This document shows positions 1 to 13,200 of a DNA stretch of 64,000 nt, piece after piece. Position numbers and translations under genes: made by a program. This stretch comes from Pseudogymnoascus verrucosus. Lineage: Eukaryota. The stretch lies in assembly GCA_001662655.1 (NCBI GenBank), contig KV460279.1; one strand, given 5' to 3'. The notes beneath the pieces are model-generated. The model ran no database searches, was not told the DNA's origin, and saw only the letters and a program-made list of their open reading frames with translations. Position 1 is the stretch's first letter, and each line of letters opens with the position of its first letter.

Positions 1-3000
1 CCTTGGGTGAATGCGGGATATCTTTAATATCCGTGTAAACAACCATCAACTCCGTATCCTCACGCTTACTCTGAATCCTTTGTTGCTCCGTCTCGAACTC
101 CACCGGCCCACCTCTCGACGTGAAACCCTTCCCATAATACCCCTCGGGCAAGGCTGAGAAATCAACCTCACTCAACACAGGCCAGGGCTTGCTATTCACC
201 TCAGCTTCAGTCTCCTCATCATCCACCTCCACCACGCCCTGGAAGCGCTGTTTATGCATCATCCCCTCAGAACGATCATCATGTGCATCCCTCAGCATCT
301 CACCCTGGCGCCCCTCATCCTCCGATCGCTCGTGTGTGAAAATCCGCACTTCGGTGAGGCTATCCCCCTCTTTGAAGTGAACCCTGAGATGACGTCTAGA
401 CTCCTTGCGCTCTCTCCTGGCTTTCTGCTCGGGTGTTTCGTCAGGGCGCTTGGGTGCGGCGGGTGCTTTGGGGATTTCTTTCGGCTTTGAGATGTCGTCA
501 AGAAGCATAGATAGCGCAGAGGGTCCTGTAGATGGAGCGGGCCTTTTGGCCACAGGCTTGGCTGCTGGTATTGTCGTGGCTGGCGCGGCTTTCGGACCTT
601 GTTTTCCGAGCTTGGCGAAGAAACCAGTAGCCTTGATGGGGATCTTGTTGCCTGATGGTTTGGCAGGAAGTCCCTTCGCACCTTCCGCAGCAACCTTCTT
701 ATTTGGTGAATTACTAGCACTATCAGGCTCGTGAGGTCTCTTCAAGCTCGACACCGCCTGTATTCCCGCCTTGGTATCCGCAGGAGGTGTAGGTTTATGC
801 TCCCCCCTCGCAATAGGCTCCTTCATTTCAGCTCTCTTCGCAGAGTCTTCAGCAGCAGCCATTATAGCCCTATCCTGTGCTTCAGTCGTGCTCTTCATGA
901 TACTCTCCACAAAGCGCCTAATATCTTCCTGTCTCCGCTTTCCCTCGAGATCGACATTCTTGCTTTCTAGTCTGTTTTTGTTGAACTTCTTGACAATGCC
1001 ATCGAATTTAGATCTAGTCAAGACGGCCTCGCTCATTTTGTTGAAGGAGGACATGAGGTGGAAGACTGCGAGAGCGAGATCGCCCAGGTAGTCATCTGCT
1101 TTGATACAGTTTCTGAGGATATTGGTCAATCCAACAACGAACTTGTCATGCGTAGCCAGCGTGTCTTTGAGATCTTGATGTCCCTTAGTGATGGCGACAT
1201 TCAAAGCATTAACAAGAGCTTGTTGTCTCGTAGCTCGCTCAACTTTCAACTTCTTGACATCGGCATCACGCTTCTCGGTTTCCGCTTTGGCAAGTTCTCC
1301 TGTAACTCGTACTAGTTCTTCACGTAGACCTGCAATGAAGGGATGGAACCCCATAGCAACTTTCATCTTCTCATCTGCTGTTGCGCGACGACCTGGCGGA
1401 CTGTAAATAATGCCAAGGGCATCCCAGGTTGCCGCCTCGGCGACATCCGTTGGACGCGGCTCGGGACGAATCTGTGCCATTGTTAGTAACAAGTAATAAA
1501 CAATAGAAAATAACAATGATAAGAAGAACAAGGAAAGGGTGGAGGAGAAGTGGAGGGTTCTTTGTTGATCGCCTAGGAAACCCAAGACTCTGTTGATCAT
1601 CAAGGAAACTCAAGTCTCGGGACTCGAACATAAACGCTTAACATAAACGCTTAACGTTCACCACCACCCCCACCAACAAACAACAACAAAAAAAAACGTC
1701 CTTACCTCGTCTAGCGTCCTCATATCCCCCACCTCCTCCTCCTCCTCATCCGAATACTCCGACTCATCCTCCGAGCTCGTATACTCCTCCTCACTCGATT
1801 CCGGCGACTGCGACTGCGACGGCGGCCTAAGACTCGCTATCTCACCTGCAGGAATATTCGCAGCAGCAGCAGCAGATAAAGGCGCGAGTCGCTCCTTCGA
1901 GAGTAAATTAGACTTCCTCGCACTGGCGTACTTCTTTGTACCTGGGGCCCGGATTTTCTTGGGTTTGCTTGTGGGAATGGCGGAGAGTTCTAGACGGGGG
2001 GATGTCAAAAATGGGCTCTTGTATAAAGAGACTAAGTTGGGGGCGGGGTTCGGTAGCACTTACTATGCTCGAGGCCAGGTACTAGGACCTTTCCACTTCT
2101 GTTAGGGCGTCCTTGCCAGACGGGAAGTGCTTTTGCTACGGACGACAATTAGTTCGGTGTTCTCACAAAGAGGGTGAGTACACCATTTGATTACTGATTT
2201 TAACTTACAAGAATACTTATTGTCTAGTTCAATCGAGCCTACACCAAGAACCGCAAAAGGTGCCTGCGAGAATCTGCGAGATGGAATATCCTTTGTCTCA
2301 GCCAACAGCTCTGGGTGCGTAACCCTGAGCTGTGCGGAAGCGTATTTCTGAGCTGCGTCCGAAACACTGGGAATAGGCTGGCTAGGTAAAGGCTGGCTCG
2401 CTGGCGACGGTTGGTTTACTGGTTCTGGGTTGATTGCAGCAATAGAAGGCAAAGCAGGCACGGGTGAGATGGCGGCATGTTGGCTAACCACAGGTCGAAT
2501 AGGGGCATGCTGAGTCTGGATCTCCGGCTGGATAGGGTGGTACTGAGGAACCGGAGTCGAGACAGGAATAGGCTGTTCCAGGAACTCCGGCTCTGACGTC
2601 CACGACTGGCGGAAATTCTGGCTGGCAGCATTGCTGGGGAGTGGCTGTGGTGTCAAGACAATTCTCGACGGTGCTGGTGCAGGGTACTGCACAGCTCTGT
2701 CGAGGTCATGCGGCGAGATCGTTACAGGCACCTGAGGTTGAGGGGAATAAGAGTATTGGCCTTGGTTTTGCGCATACTGCTGGTGCGATTGAAGAGGCAC
2801 CTGTTGCGGCATCTGCTGGGCCATCTGCTGTATAGGGCTCTGGCTGGTGGTCGGGTAGGCGCCATACTGAATCCCATACTGTCCGAGGCTGCTATTTGAG
2901 CGCAGAGGCTCCTGGCCATATACGGCCTGATATTGCGCATTTGGATACACGGGTGACTGGGAAGCGACGTAATTAAATTGCGACTGAGCAGGCTGGATAT

Positions 3001-3256
3001 ATTGTTGTTGCTGCTGCTGCTGGATCTGCTGGGGGTGCTGATGTGAGAGTTGGTGCTGCTGCTCCTGGTGGGCATGCGGGTGCTGGTACTGCTGTGGATT
3101 GAAAATATCCTCAGCATACTGTGGCTGCTGCTGCTGCACCCATTGATTTTGGTCAATTAAAGACGGATCGACGATGTAATTATTCATCTGTTGACCCAAT
3201 TCATGCGAGTAGTTATCATTGCCTCTCATGGGGTTATTATCCTGCACGTGATCCAT
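1..3256 (-). CDS. PNUTS/Ppn1/Ref2-like PP1 regulatory subunit candidate (3' end outside window)
   Basis: Exons 3256-2209, 2135-2064, 1989-1706 and 1471-<1 joined by GTAAG...YAG introns give one open frame. Q/P-rich N-terminus, helical middle region, then KESRRHLRVHFKEGDSLTEVRIF (RVxF followed by a hydrophobic-pair/Arg element) and DAHDDRSEGMMHK. Confidence 0.6.
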
Positions 3257-3587
3257 ATTTGTTAGATGGACCGTGCGGGGGTGCCGCTTTATCGGATTAT
3301 TTTTGTTATTTGACCCCGTGACCGCTGGGTTGGGTGGCTGGTGGGTTAAAGCAGCGGAGGTTGTTCAGAGCCGTTCTTAGGCCGTTAAAAGCAGCGAGAG
3401 TATTGGACAGAGACGGTGGAGATAAGGGACACTAAGCGATAAAGAACCAATCAGCTGCAAGAACAGGGCCGTGAACCGTGAACAAGGTGGCAGTTCCCAG
3501 TAAATTCCCAGAAAAGGTCGACTCGTCAACAACGGACGGGTTCAAACGGGTCTTGTTCCCCAGCTAAAAGTCATGGATGATGTACTG

Positions 3588-3653
3588 TAGAATGAGTGTA
3601 GAATGTGTAGAATGAGGATAGAATGAGGATAGAATGAGGACTGCAGAATGAGG
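3588..3653. repeat. Short tandem array of ~11-bp TAGAATGAGGA units (six AGAATG cores)
   Basis: AGAATG at 3589, 3600, 3609, 3620, 3631 and 3645. Confidence 0.85.
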
Positions 3654-4712
3654 TGAGATAGTCGTGATGTCGTACTGTAAATGAAGTCGCTCTGCTCTGC
3701 TCTCTCTGTACGTCGAATTAAGAGTACGTACGTACGGTATGGTATATCTCCTCGGTCTCCTCTCCTGCCTCAATTTGTACGCGCTTCTCTTCTCGCGATC
3801 GACTGTACTGTCTGTATGTACAGCCAATATTTGACGCTGTAAAAGAACCCAGGAAAGCCCCAGAACAGACTGACAACAACAGACAACGCACGTAAATGCA
3901 GAAAAACACCCTTTTAGGCGGGACAACAACAGCGCAACACGCAGCAGCAACACACGTTCCTGCGCGTGTATTTTGCAACTGCTGCTTGTCTTGTCTGTCT
4001 GTCTGTTTGTATACACTGTCCTCTGTCCACCAACTGTATCCTGTATCTGTATCCTGTTCACTCCTTCCTCGCGCGCGCAACGAAAAAAGAACGATGCGCC
4101 TGCTGTTGACCCTGAACCCGACAGTCCTGACCAGCGCCTGCGTGGGAGTATTACACCCCTTTACAGCGCCTGTTCAGCGACCTGTCAGTACAGCCAGGAC
4201 AACAGCGCAAACACTGCGCGTGCGTTCCTTTTAATTTGAGTATTCGTACGCTGCTTGAGGTGATGAATTTATTACGATTGTATGAAGGGAGAGAGAGAGG
4301 GAGGAGATGGGAAAGGAGGAGGAGGAGGTTTCGGTGTTTGACGTTGGGTCCATTGAAAGAAGATCCTTGATGCACTGGCCACGTCTCGCTTAGGTAAGCT
4401 ATGACGACGGAGAGTGCCGTTGGTGATTGGTGGTGGTGGGCGGTGGGAGGGAGGGAGAGCTCTACTGTACTACACTACTGCTACGGGACACTTCTAATAA
4501 TTATAGACGCGGAGGCACAGGCAAGGCACAAGAAACTCACCTCACCTCACCATATCTTCACGATAACTTCATTCTCTCAAATACTACCATTATTGAAGCT
4601 CCCAGCCATCTACTGCAAGAATTGTATGAGAGCATTCCCCACGCTACACTGATGCGCCCATCTCCCGCCAACTCTCCCCCCCTTCCTTAATCAACCACCC
4701 ACCAGCCGAAGA

Positions 4713-7124
4713 ATGGCGACCACCCACCAATCCCTCCGCGAACGCCAAATCCGTAAGCACCAAACACCACTGCGAATACAATAGAACCACAGCTAACTGG
4801 GACACAAACAGGCTCCATCGAGAAGATCCTCAATTTAAACCACGCCCAGGATCCCGCAGCCAGCCATGCCGACCCGAACGCCAGCTCCCATGAGATAACC
4901 TCGTCCTCCGTGCCGATCCTGGATGAGGATGGAAACCCTATCTGGAAGATCCTGGTGTTTGACGACCTTGGGCGGGATATCATTAGCAGCGTGCTGAGGG
5001 TCAGCGATTTGCGAACATGGGGGGTCACAATGCACATGTACGCTCACACTTTAGAGCTCTCACAGCTCACATCTTGAGCTCATCCACTCCCAGAACACAC
5101 AGCTGACTTCTTTCTCCAGGCACATCGCATCAGCACGAAACCCCATCCCCGACGTCCCCGTCCTCTACCTCGTCGAGCCCTCCCCCGACAACCTCAAAGC
5201 CATCACCACCGACCTAACCCGCGGCCTCTACTCCCCCGCCTACATCAACTTCCTCTCCTCGATACCCCGCCCCCTGCTCGAAGACTTCGCCTCCCAGACC
5301 GCCGACGCCGGGACCTCCGAGAACATCGCCCAGGTCTTCGACCAGTACCTTAATTTCATCGTTAGCGAGCCGGATCTGTTTAGTCTGGGGATGCGAAAGG
5401 ATCACACGTACTGGGCGCTCAATAGCGCGAAGACGACGGATCAGCAGTTGGAGAATATAATTGAGCGGATTGTGAGCGGGCTCTTCAGCGTCGTTGTTAC
5501 GATGGGTATGTTTGCCGATTTCCAGGATCGCAAGATGTAGCTAATCATATCAGGTGTCATCCCCATCATCCGCTGTCCCAAAGGCGCAGCAGCTGAGATG
5601 ATCTCCGCGAAACTCGACCGCAAGCTACGCGACCACATCCTAAACTCGAAAGATAACCTCTTCTCCAGCTCCGGCAACCGACCATCCACATCCACCAGCG
5701 CCACATCCTCGCGCCCCGTCCTCCTGATCCTAGACAGGAACGTAGATCTGATCCCCATGCTCTCGCACTCATGGACATACCAATCCCTCGTCCACGACGT
5801 GCTAAACATGAAACTCAACCGCATCACCGTCGAGTCCCCCATCGATGAGGAGAACCCCGCCAAGGGCACCACGAAGCGCAGCTACGACCTTACGGCCAAC
5901 GACTTCTTCTGGACCAAAAACGCCGGCCTGCCATTCCCCCAAGTCGCCGAGGATATTGATGCGGAGCTAATGCGGTATAAAGACGATGCCGCGGAAATCA
6001 CCAAGAAAACCGGCGCCTCCTCCCTCGAGGACCTCCAAAACGACACCAGCGCCTCCGCACAACACCTCAAAGCAGCCATAACCCTTCTCCCCGAGCTGCG
6101 CGAGCGCAAAGCCGTGTTGGATATCCACATGAACATCCTCGCGGCGCTCTTGAACGGAATAAAGAATCGCCAGCTGGACAACTACTTCCAGCTCGAGGAG
6201 ACGATCACGAAGACCTCCAAGGCGCAGATGCTGGAGTTGCTGAATGATGAGGATAAGGGGAAGGAACCGTTGGATAAGTTGAGGGTTTTCATTATCTGGT
6301 TCTTGAGCACTGAGCAGGAGGTTTCGAAGGGGGATATGGATCGGTTTGTGGAGGCGCTGGGGAAGGCGGGGGCGGATACTAGTGCGGTTGCTTATATTCA
6401 GAAGTTCGTGTCTTTCTCCTGTTTACCCCTCTCCCATTTCACCCCCCCTTTGGCAACCCAAACTAACCAACCCAACAGAGTCCGCGCAACAACCCGCATG
6501 ACAATGCTAACCTCCACCGCCCTCCCCCCCTCCGCCCCACCCCCCTCCTCCTCCTCCGACCTCTTCCGCAACTTCTCCTCCATCTCCAACCGCCTAACCG
6601 ACCGCCTCGCCGCCACCGGCGTAACCGCCAACTTCGAGACCCTAATCTCTGGTGTCAAAAACTTTTTGCCTGCGAATCGCGATTTGACTATTACCAAGAT
6701 TACGGAGAGTATTATGGACCCTGCTGCTGCTTCCAGTTCGGCGATTGCTAAGACGGAGAATTACCTTTATTTCGACCCGCGCTCCGCCAACGCGCGCGGG
6801 ACGGCCCCCCCGCCGTCTGCGCCGCGCGGTGGGACGGCATCACCTATGCCTGGCGGACTGGGTAGTCTCGGTCCCGGGACAGGAGCGAGCTTTGGACAAA
6901 GACGCCAGGGGTTCAGCGAGGCGGTGGTGTTTACAGTGGGGGGCGGGAGTATGGATGAATACGGTAACCTTTTGGAGTGGGCGAAGCGGACGGGTGAGGG
7001 GGGTGTGGGTGCAGCGAAGGGGGCGGGGAGGAGGAGGGTGGTTTATGGGAGTACGGAGATTGTGAGTGCGGGAGAGTTTTTGGGGGTTGAGATGCAGGGG
7101 TTGGGTGTTGAGGTGTCTAGTTAA
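4713..7124 (+). CDS. SLY1: Sec1/Munc18-family ER-Golgi SM protein Sly1
   Basis: [91 protein letters not shown]. Several short introns, including a 75-nt in-frame one at 6404-6478. Confidence 0.95.
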
Positions 7125-7855
7125 AAGGAGGGGAGGAAAAGGAGGGGGTAGATAGGGTAGATAGAAGGAGGGGGGTAATGTGTGATGATACCTGCACTGT
7201 ATTCCTTCACCGATAGATTGATTGAATGAATGACTGACTGACTGTTTAATGATCGAATGATTCATTACTGATTTGATTGATACATAACCATGCTTTCTAT
7301 TCCAACACTATCTATCTACCACGCTACCGATCAGACCAGGCCATGTATCCAGCCATGGCCAACCCCCAAACCCCAACCCAACCCAACCCAGCCCAGCCAG
7401 GCATTTATACACCACCCCATGCCTTCCAATCCCGAGAAATCAGCGCAATGCACACAAAACAACAGAATGATCCCGACGCCATTTTCCCATTCCAATCCCT
7501 TTCCCATCCTATCCCATCCCGTTCCCTTCCCCCATTTGTGCGCCCAAATACAAAAGAATCCTCCAGGGATTTATATAAACGAGCCAAAACAATGAACATG
7601 AATGAAAACCGAGATCCCCCCAAAACCAGAGCTGAACAGACAGGTAGGCAGACGGAAGAGAAACAGCCGCCCTTTTTTGTGCTGTCCCTCCAGTCCAGGC
7701 GATATGATATCTACAACAAACCCAAAATAAATCGCAAGAAATAAAAAAGAGAGCAGCGTATACCATAATCCCCACCCCCATCAACAACAACATAGCGCCC
7801 ATCATCTCTTCTCATACTCCTGCCCCCTCGCCACCAACACCCCTCCAAACCTCTC

Positions 7856-10279
7856 CTACCCCCTCCCCAACGACGGCGGCTGCAGTGACATCCCCCCAGG
7901 CGGCGTAAGACTCGATCTCGGCCCAACAGGCGTACTCTGATGTCTCGAATGTCCTCCCCGCGCAAACGCGTTCGCAGCAGATGCGTATCTCTGTCCCGTC
8001 TGTCCCGCTTGCCCCGCCTGCACTCCCTGGTTCTGTTGGTGGTGGTGAGGGTGCTGGTTGTGGTGGCTATGGTGGTTCTCGGGAAACTGATACCCCGCGG
8101 CCCCAGAATACGAGCGCACATGCGACAGCATCACAGGCTGTTCCGGGAACGGGAAACCATTGATATCGGATCGCGAGCGACGATGTCCATTATCGGGGGC
8201 GGCGAGGAGCATGGTCGAGCTAGAGCGCAGTGGGTAGCGCGTCGCTGGTCCTTCGTTGGCGAGGATGCTGGAGAGGGATTGCAACGATGGTGTTAGTGCG
8301 GGCGGCGTGGGTAGAGGCGATCGATAAGGTCCATGGCCCTGGAACACGTCACTTGCGCTCGAGGACGCAGACAGGATAGACGGGTGTGCTTCATACGCCC
8401 CCGTCGTAACATTAAGCCTAAGCCTCTGACTCTGCGCCGTGAGTTCCGCATCCACATCCTCAGGGGAGCAATCGCGACGCTTCCTCTTGTGATGAAGCGG
8501 ACTATCCTGATTTTCAAAATTGCTATTCGACCTCGACCTCGAAGCGGCGTTGAACTGCAAGTCTTCCGGAAAACTGTCGAGCGGAGGTGGTAGTGCGCCG
8601 CCCATCGAGCGGGATCGCTGGTGGTGGCCAGTGGTGGGTGTCTTGCGGCGCCCGCCGTAGCGCATGGGGGATTCGGATTCTTCGCCGTCGAGGGTGATGT
8701 GTGGGAGGATCTCGATGTCGGGGAAGACGGGGCTAGGGGAGTTAAGGAGTTCTTGGTGGACACGGTTGAATATGTCGCGGATGTCGAGGGTGCTGTAGGT
8801 CTTGCCGCATAGGTTTCTGAGCCACAACGGGACGGCGGTGGCTGGTGCGGAAGGGTCGACATCGTCGTAGTTTCCACCGTATGGGTTTCCCCTTCCACCT
8901 CTCGCCTTTGATAATGCGAGATCATCAAGTCGTTTCTGTTCTCGCTTTCGGACGGCGAGACCCCAGCTCCTGACCACACCGCCTTCCCCACGCCGCTCAT
9001 TCTCGGCGCTCCATTCTTCTAGTCTCTGGATCTGTTTCTGGACGAGATCACACTGGCAGCGAGGCCAGTTCTTTGGCTCGCGGTATCGACTCCTTTGGTA
9101 GTGTTTGCGGCAGTATCGCACCCACACGTGCTCTGGGATTAGTCGCGTGCACATCTTGTTGCGACCAAAGATGTGAGACACGGCCTTCCGGGGTTGCGAG
9201 CCCGTATCGCATCCTTCTTTGAACATGCATGTCGAGTGCTGGTCCTGTAGTGGCGGTGTATATTGCGGACCCAAATGCGACGTACCATCTAGGGTCTCGG
9301 CCTGTGGCGACTCATTCTCGGGGTGCTGGGAGGATGGTGGAGTAGGCTCAGATCTCTGATACCTTGCCAACATATCGGTTGTAGGCTGTCCAAATGAAGC
9401 ACCTGACTGGCCTTGAATATGCGGCTCAGAGAAGGCCCTTTTATGACGCCTAGACTCCATAGCGAACCGGCCCGAGTGAGACTCAAACTCTCGGCGGTTC
9501 TCCGATGGTGGAAATGAGTTCAGGCGGTCGAGCTGTGCTCGTGGTTGATACTTCCAAGGTGCGGTGTTTTCTTCGCCGGCAGGATGAGGCTGAGTAGACA
9601 CACTCCCAGCTGTCTCGGACTCTTGGGGTGTTAGCGGTGAGTGCCTTTTGATAAGCAAAGCATCCGTAGGCGATGCAGTCCTCGACAACGCTGGCTGTTC
9701 CGAGGTGGTGCTGGTCGCTCTAGTATCGGCATCAGCCATCTCACTATCTTTGTAGTGTTCTTCTGAAGCGCTGTCAGCGTCCATGTATCGTCGCTCAGCG
9801 ATCTGAGCCAGGACGTGTATTGGCTCCGCACGTGGTGATGGCGGGTAGTGGTGGAAGCTGAACGTGGCAGGAGAAGCTGGTGAAAGAGTTGCAGAGTTTG
9901 CCAGAATACTGGTCCAGTCCACAGTAGAATCTGATAACTTGGAACTGTCCGTGAAGTTGGTGAAGGCTTGAAACCCGCCAACAGTTGATGCTGAGGAAAA
10001 TCTTGAGTGCGTTGAAGTTGATGCAGAAGCAAGAGAAGAGAGGGATCCGCGGCTGTCTGATAAGCTATGCTTGGTGGGATATGTCTGTGATGATTCAAGG
10101 GAGGAGTCATGATGGTGAATGTGTTTGCTGATTGTCGTATCCAGATCGTGATTCACGGGTAGTGAATAACCGCCAGCGTCCCAGGGCGTCCGACTTCGGA
10201 TAGTGGCTTCCCAGGTGAGTAGTGGCCGTGGTTGCTCTGCATCGTCGGGCGATGCATTTAGCATCAATCCGACTTCCAT
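7856..10279 (-). CDS. Conserved filamentous-fungal protein (ORP1-like) with a Cys/His-rich core domain
   Basis: Single long ORF, low-complexity apart from CMFKEGCDTGSQPRKAVSHIFGRNKMCTRLIPEHVWVRYCRKHYQRSRYR...FPDIEILP, a block I recall from fungal proteins annotated ORP1-like. Confidence 0.65.
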   Translation of the reverse strand: MEVGLMLNASPDDAEQPRPLLTWEATIRSRTPWDAGGYSLPVNHDLDTTISKHIHHHDSSLESSQTYPTKHSLSDSRGSLSSLASASTSTHSRFSSASTVGGFQAFTNFTDSSKLSDSTVDWTSILANSATLSPASPATFSFHHYPPSPRAEPIHVLAQIAERRYMDADSASEEHYKDSEMADADTRATSTTSEQPALSRTASPTDALLIKRHSPLTPQESETAGSVSTQPHPAGEENTAPWKYQPRAQLDRLNSFPPSENRREFESHSGRFAMESRRHKRAFSEPHIQGQSGASFGQPTTDMLARYQRSEPTPPSSQHPENESPQAETLDGTSHLGPQYTPPLQDQHSTCMFKEGCDTGSQPRKAVSHIFGRNKMCTRLIPEHVWVRYCRKHYQRSRYREPKNWPRCQCDLVQKQIQRLEEWSAENERRGEGGVVRSWGLAVRKREQKRLDDLALSKARGGRGNPYGGNYDDVDPSAPATAVPLWLRNLCGKTYSTLDIRDIFNRVHQELLNSPSPVFPDIEILPHITLDGEESESPMRYGGRRKTPTTGHHQRSRSMGGALPPPLDSFPEDLQFNAASRSRSNSNFENQDSPLHHKRKRRDCSPEDVDAELTAQSQRLRLNVTTGAYEAHPSILSASSSASDVFQGHGPYRSPLPTPPALTPSLQSLSSILANEGPATRYPLRSSSTMLLAAPDNGHRRSRSDINGFPFPEQPVMLSHVRSYSGAAGYQFPENHHSHHNQHPHHHQQNQGVQAGQAGQTGQRYASAANAFARGGHSRHQSTPVGPRSSLTPPGGMSLQPPSLGRG

Positions 10280-13200
10280 TTTGTTATTGTATCCGCGTAG
10301 GCAGTAAGATATGTCTTGGTGGAACAATCATCCAGGTAAAATGTTTGGTTGTTAGCTGACAGTTGCCATCCGATGCTAGTCGAGTGATCGAACGTAGGGA
10401 TGTCGACCAGATAAAATGGATCCAGCCTTCCAGATATCTTCTTAATCTTGATGCCAAGGGTAATCAACGTCCTGGCAGACGATGAGGCGAACGAATAAGA
10501 TCATACGACTGTTGATATATTAGTTACTATAGTGTCAAAGAATGAAACACTGCTGGCGTCGTTTTCTTCTCCGCTATAAACCTCGCATGCATTTCCCTTT
10601 TAGGACGCCCAGAGGTAGAGATGGACAGAGGCAATGTTAAAAAGTGTGTTGCTTCTTCTTCGCAGGTGTATGCACAGCCGCCGAGGAGTGAAACTGTCGA
10701 AACGCCAGGCACGGCACGGTGTATACAGCTCTTTCGCCTGAAGATACCGAGTGCTTGACTTCAAACCACCAACTGGACCGGGCCCGGTGGGGTAAAACTT
10801 AGGTTGTGAGAAGTCCTAGCGGGGGGCATCGCCGTCACCGTGCTGTCGAGGCGGAAAATATGTGCTCTAACCTCCGGGACTATGCATGATATATCCGATT
10901 CGGTTGACATGCGTGCAAATCAGAGAGATGGAATGCAAACCTACAGCAGTATCTCACTTCTAGCTCATAAAATAGAAGATTTATTGCCTTCAGATCCTGG
11001 GACTATCCTGCAAGCCGTCGACGATCTGTGAGTTTTGATGTGCCTGTCACTTCCCTCCAATGCCGGCCAAAGTAAGAAGGTGTGAGGAATTAACGTTGCG
11101 TTGGTGGACACACTAACTGAAGAGCCAATGAGACGATAATGACAGGAGTTTGATAGAATAAATATGTTGTATCAAAAGTAATGAAATATGACAGAAGAGA
11201 CAGCTAGTAAAGGAAGTTGCTCGTTTGCATAAGGCCAAGAGATGCCGTTTGTATCATCCAGGGAAGGAAGAGAGGAAGAAGGTGGAATCTGTGACAAGCC
11301 GTGTCGTGGTCTCGGCGGCACCTCGCACGGCAGTATCCAGCATGGCGGAGTCTATTTGTGGGAGGAAGGTCTCTAAGAAGTATAAGCCTGTGTGCTACAT
11401 GTAGTCTCACATCCCACGCCATAGGGAGTGTGTGTGGGGGGGGTAGGAGGAGGGGGGGGGAGAGACAACAGACAAGGAGCAAGACAAGACAGATACCTAC
11501 CGAACATGGTGAATGGTGATATGCACGGTAAAGCTCTGTGCATCTGCAGTCCGGCAGCCATAGCGAGATAGTCAACAGTTAGTTTAATTTAGTGTAGTAA
11601 GTGAGGCTAGAGAGAGGAAGGTTGAGACAGGGCATCGTTGTCATGGCGGAAGGAGCTATCCATAGTAGAAGCTAAGAGGTTGGCGGCATTGTAACGAGTA
11701 ACGTCTTTTGAGGCAATGAATGCCTGTAGTGACACTCATGGTCAAGGTTCATGGGCCATGTTTCGGTACTCGTGGCCGGCTCATGGCTCACAAATTGCTC
11801 ATAGATTGGGCCATAAATTGCTCGTGGGTAGTTACTTTTTGAAGCTTAATGGTGTGTGGTAAGTGATTGTTGTTGGTGGTGGTGGGTGGTGGCGGGTGGT
11901 TTGTGGGTAATTAGCCCCTGTGCCGTTGTTGGTGTTTTGGAAATAATATGCAAGTATCCAAGCAAAGCCCGTCTCCACCAGAATTCCTCCCCGTTACAGA
12001 TCCCGATCCCTCAAATCTGCCTCCCACATAACTCAATGACACTATAGGTGCGGTATTGTATTACTGTTATCATTTCAAATGAACTGAATTGGCAATTAAG
12101 CTTCGCTGAGCCCAATAAATCGACAATTGGCTTTTCAGGGAATAACATCGACGTGTGCAGGTACAGTATAGCATAGAGTATCGTCTCCATTTTTACTGAC
12201 GACGACTATTATAATTATAGGACTTCAACTCCACTGATGAATGCTATTTGCGCGAATTTCCGCTCTAGAGCCTCTGCCATAGGTGCAGTTTCGATCCGGT
12301 CCCAAAGCCACATTTCGCTGTCTTAGCCGTCTTCACACTTGACTGATCCACTCCGTCAATGCAATGAACGGATTACTTCGTCGGTACTGCCGATCATGCG
12401 GTAGTCAAACGCGCGCGGAGGATAGAGTTCATGGCTATTAGCTATCATCGGATGGCGAGATATCAGATATGTCGGTGTCAAATATATTCTGTGCCATCAA
12501 GATCTAACACCAGCCGGATACAGGATGAAAGATTGAAGGCTAGTTTATCATCACTACCGGTGTTACCATGGCCACCGCTGCGTCACCTACAGTGTAACCA
12601 TGCTCGACAGGGCGGGATGAGATTGAGATGTAAGACCTGTCTGAGAGATCTGCAACTAAAGAACACGAAGTAGGCACTTGCCCTTGTGCTCACGCGCCGC
12701 TCTCATGGACGACGGCCCGCGCGGCATTCTTGCAGCAGGCCGTGAATTGATAAGATCGGATGGTGCGGCGATTCAAATGGATCTCAAGTTATTCTAAGAT
12801 CTACACAACTAACTTAATGCGTCTTCCACCATCTGAAAAAGGCCCCATAGCTCTGGGGTCTCAAGGCCCTGTGCATGGAAATGAGCCGCTGGATAGTGTC
12901 TTGCCTGGTTCGTCAATGTCTCTAAAGCTGGCGAAAGGTAATGTTGCATTGGAGATGCCAGAGTGTACGGTCCCTGGCTCGAACAAACAGTGTTATTTCT
13001 GGGCGTTCTCCTGACATTCGTCACACGCAAGGCAAAAAGACTCAACCAAGGCAGCTCACATATATCGTTGAGAAGCATACGTGAGCAGTTCGTGCCCAAC
13101 ACGGGTCATTGGCCATGGCCAACAACCAGTGAGCTCCATTGGAACTTTCTCCCGAGCTTCCCGCAAAAATGGGGTTGGTTGGGGAAGCCTAGCCATGCCT

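Noticed and set aside
7215..7400. GATT/GAAT/GACT and CCCAA microsatellites, and ORF 7277-7744
   Set aside because: Ordinary low-complexity 3'-UTR sequence between convergent genes.
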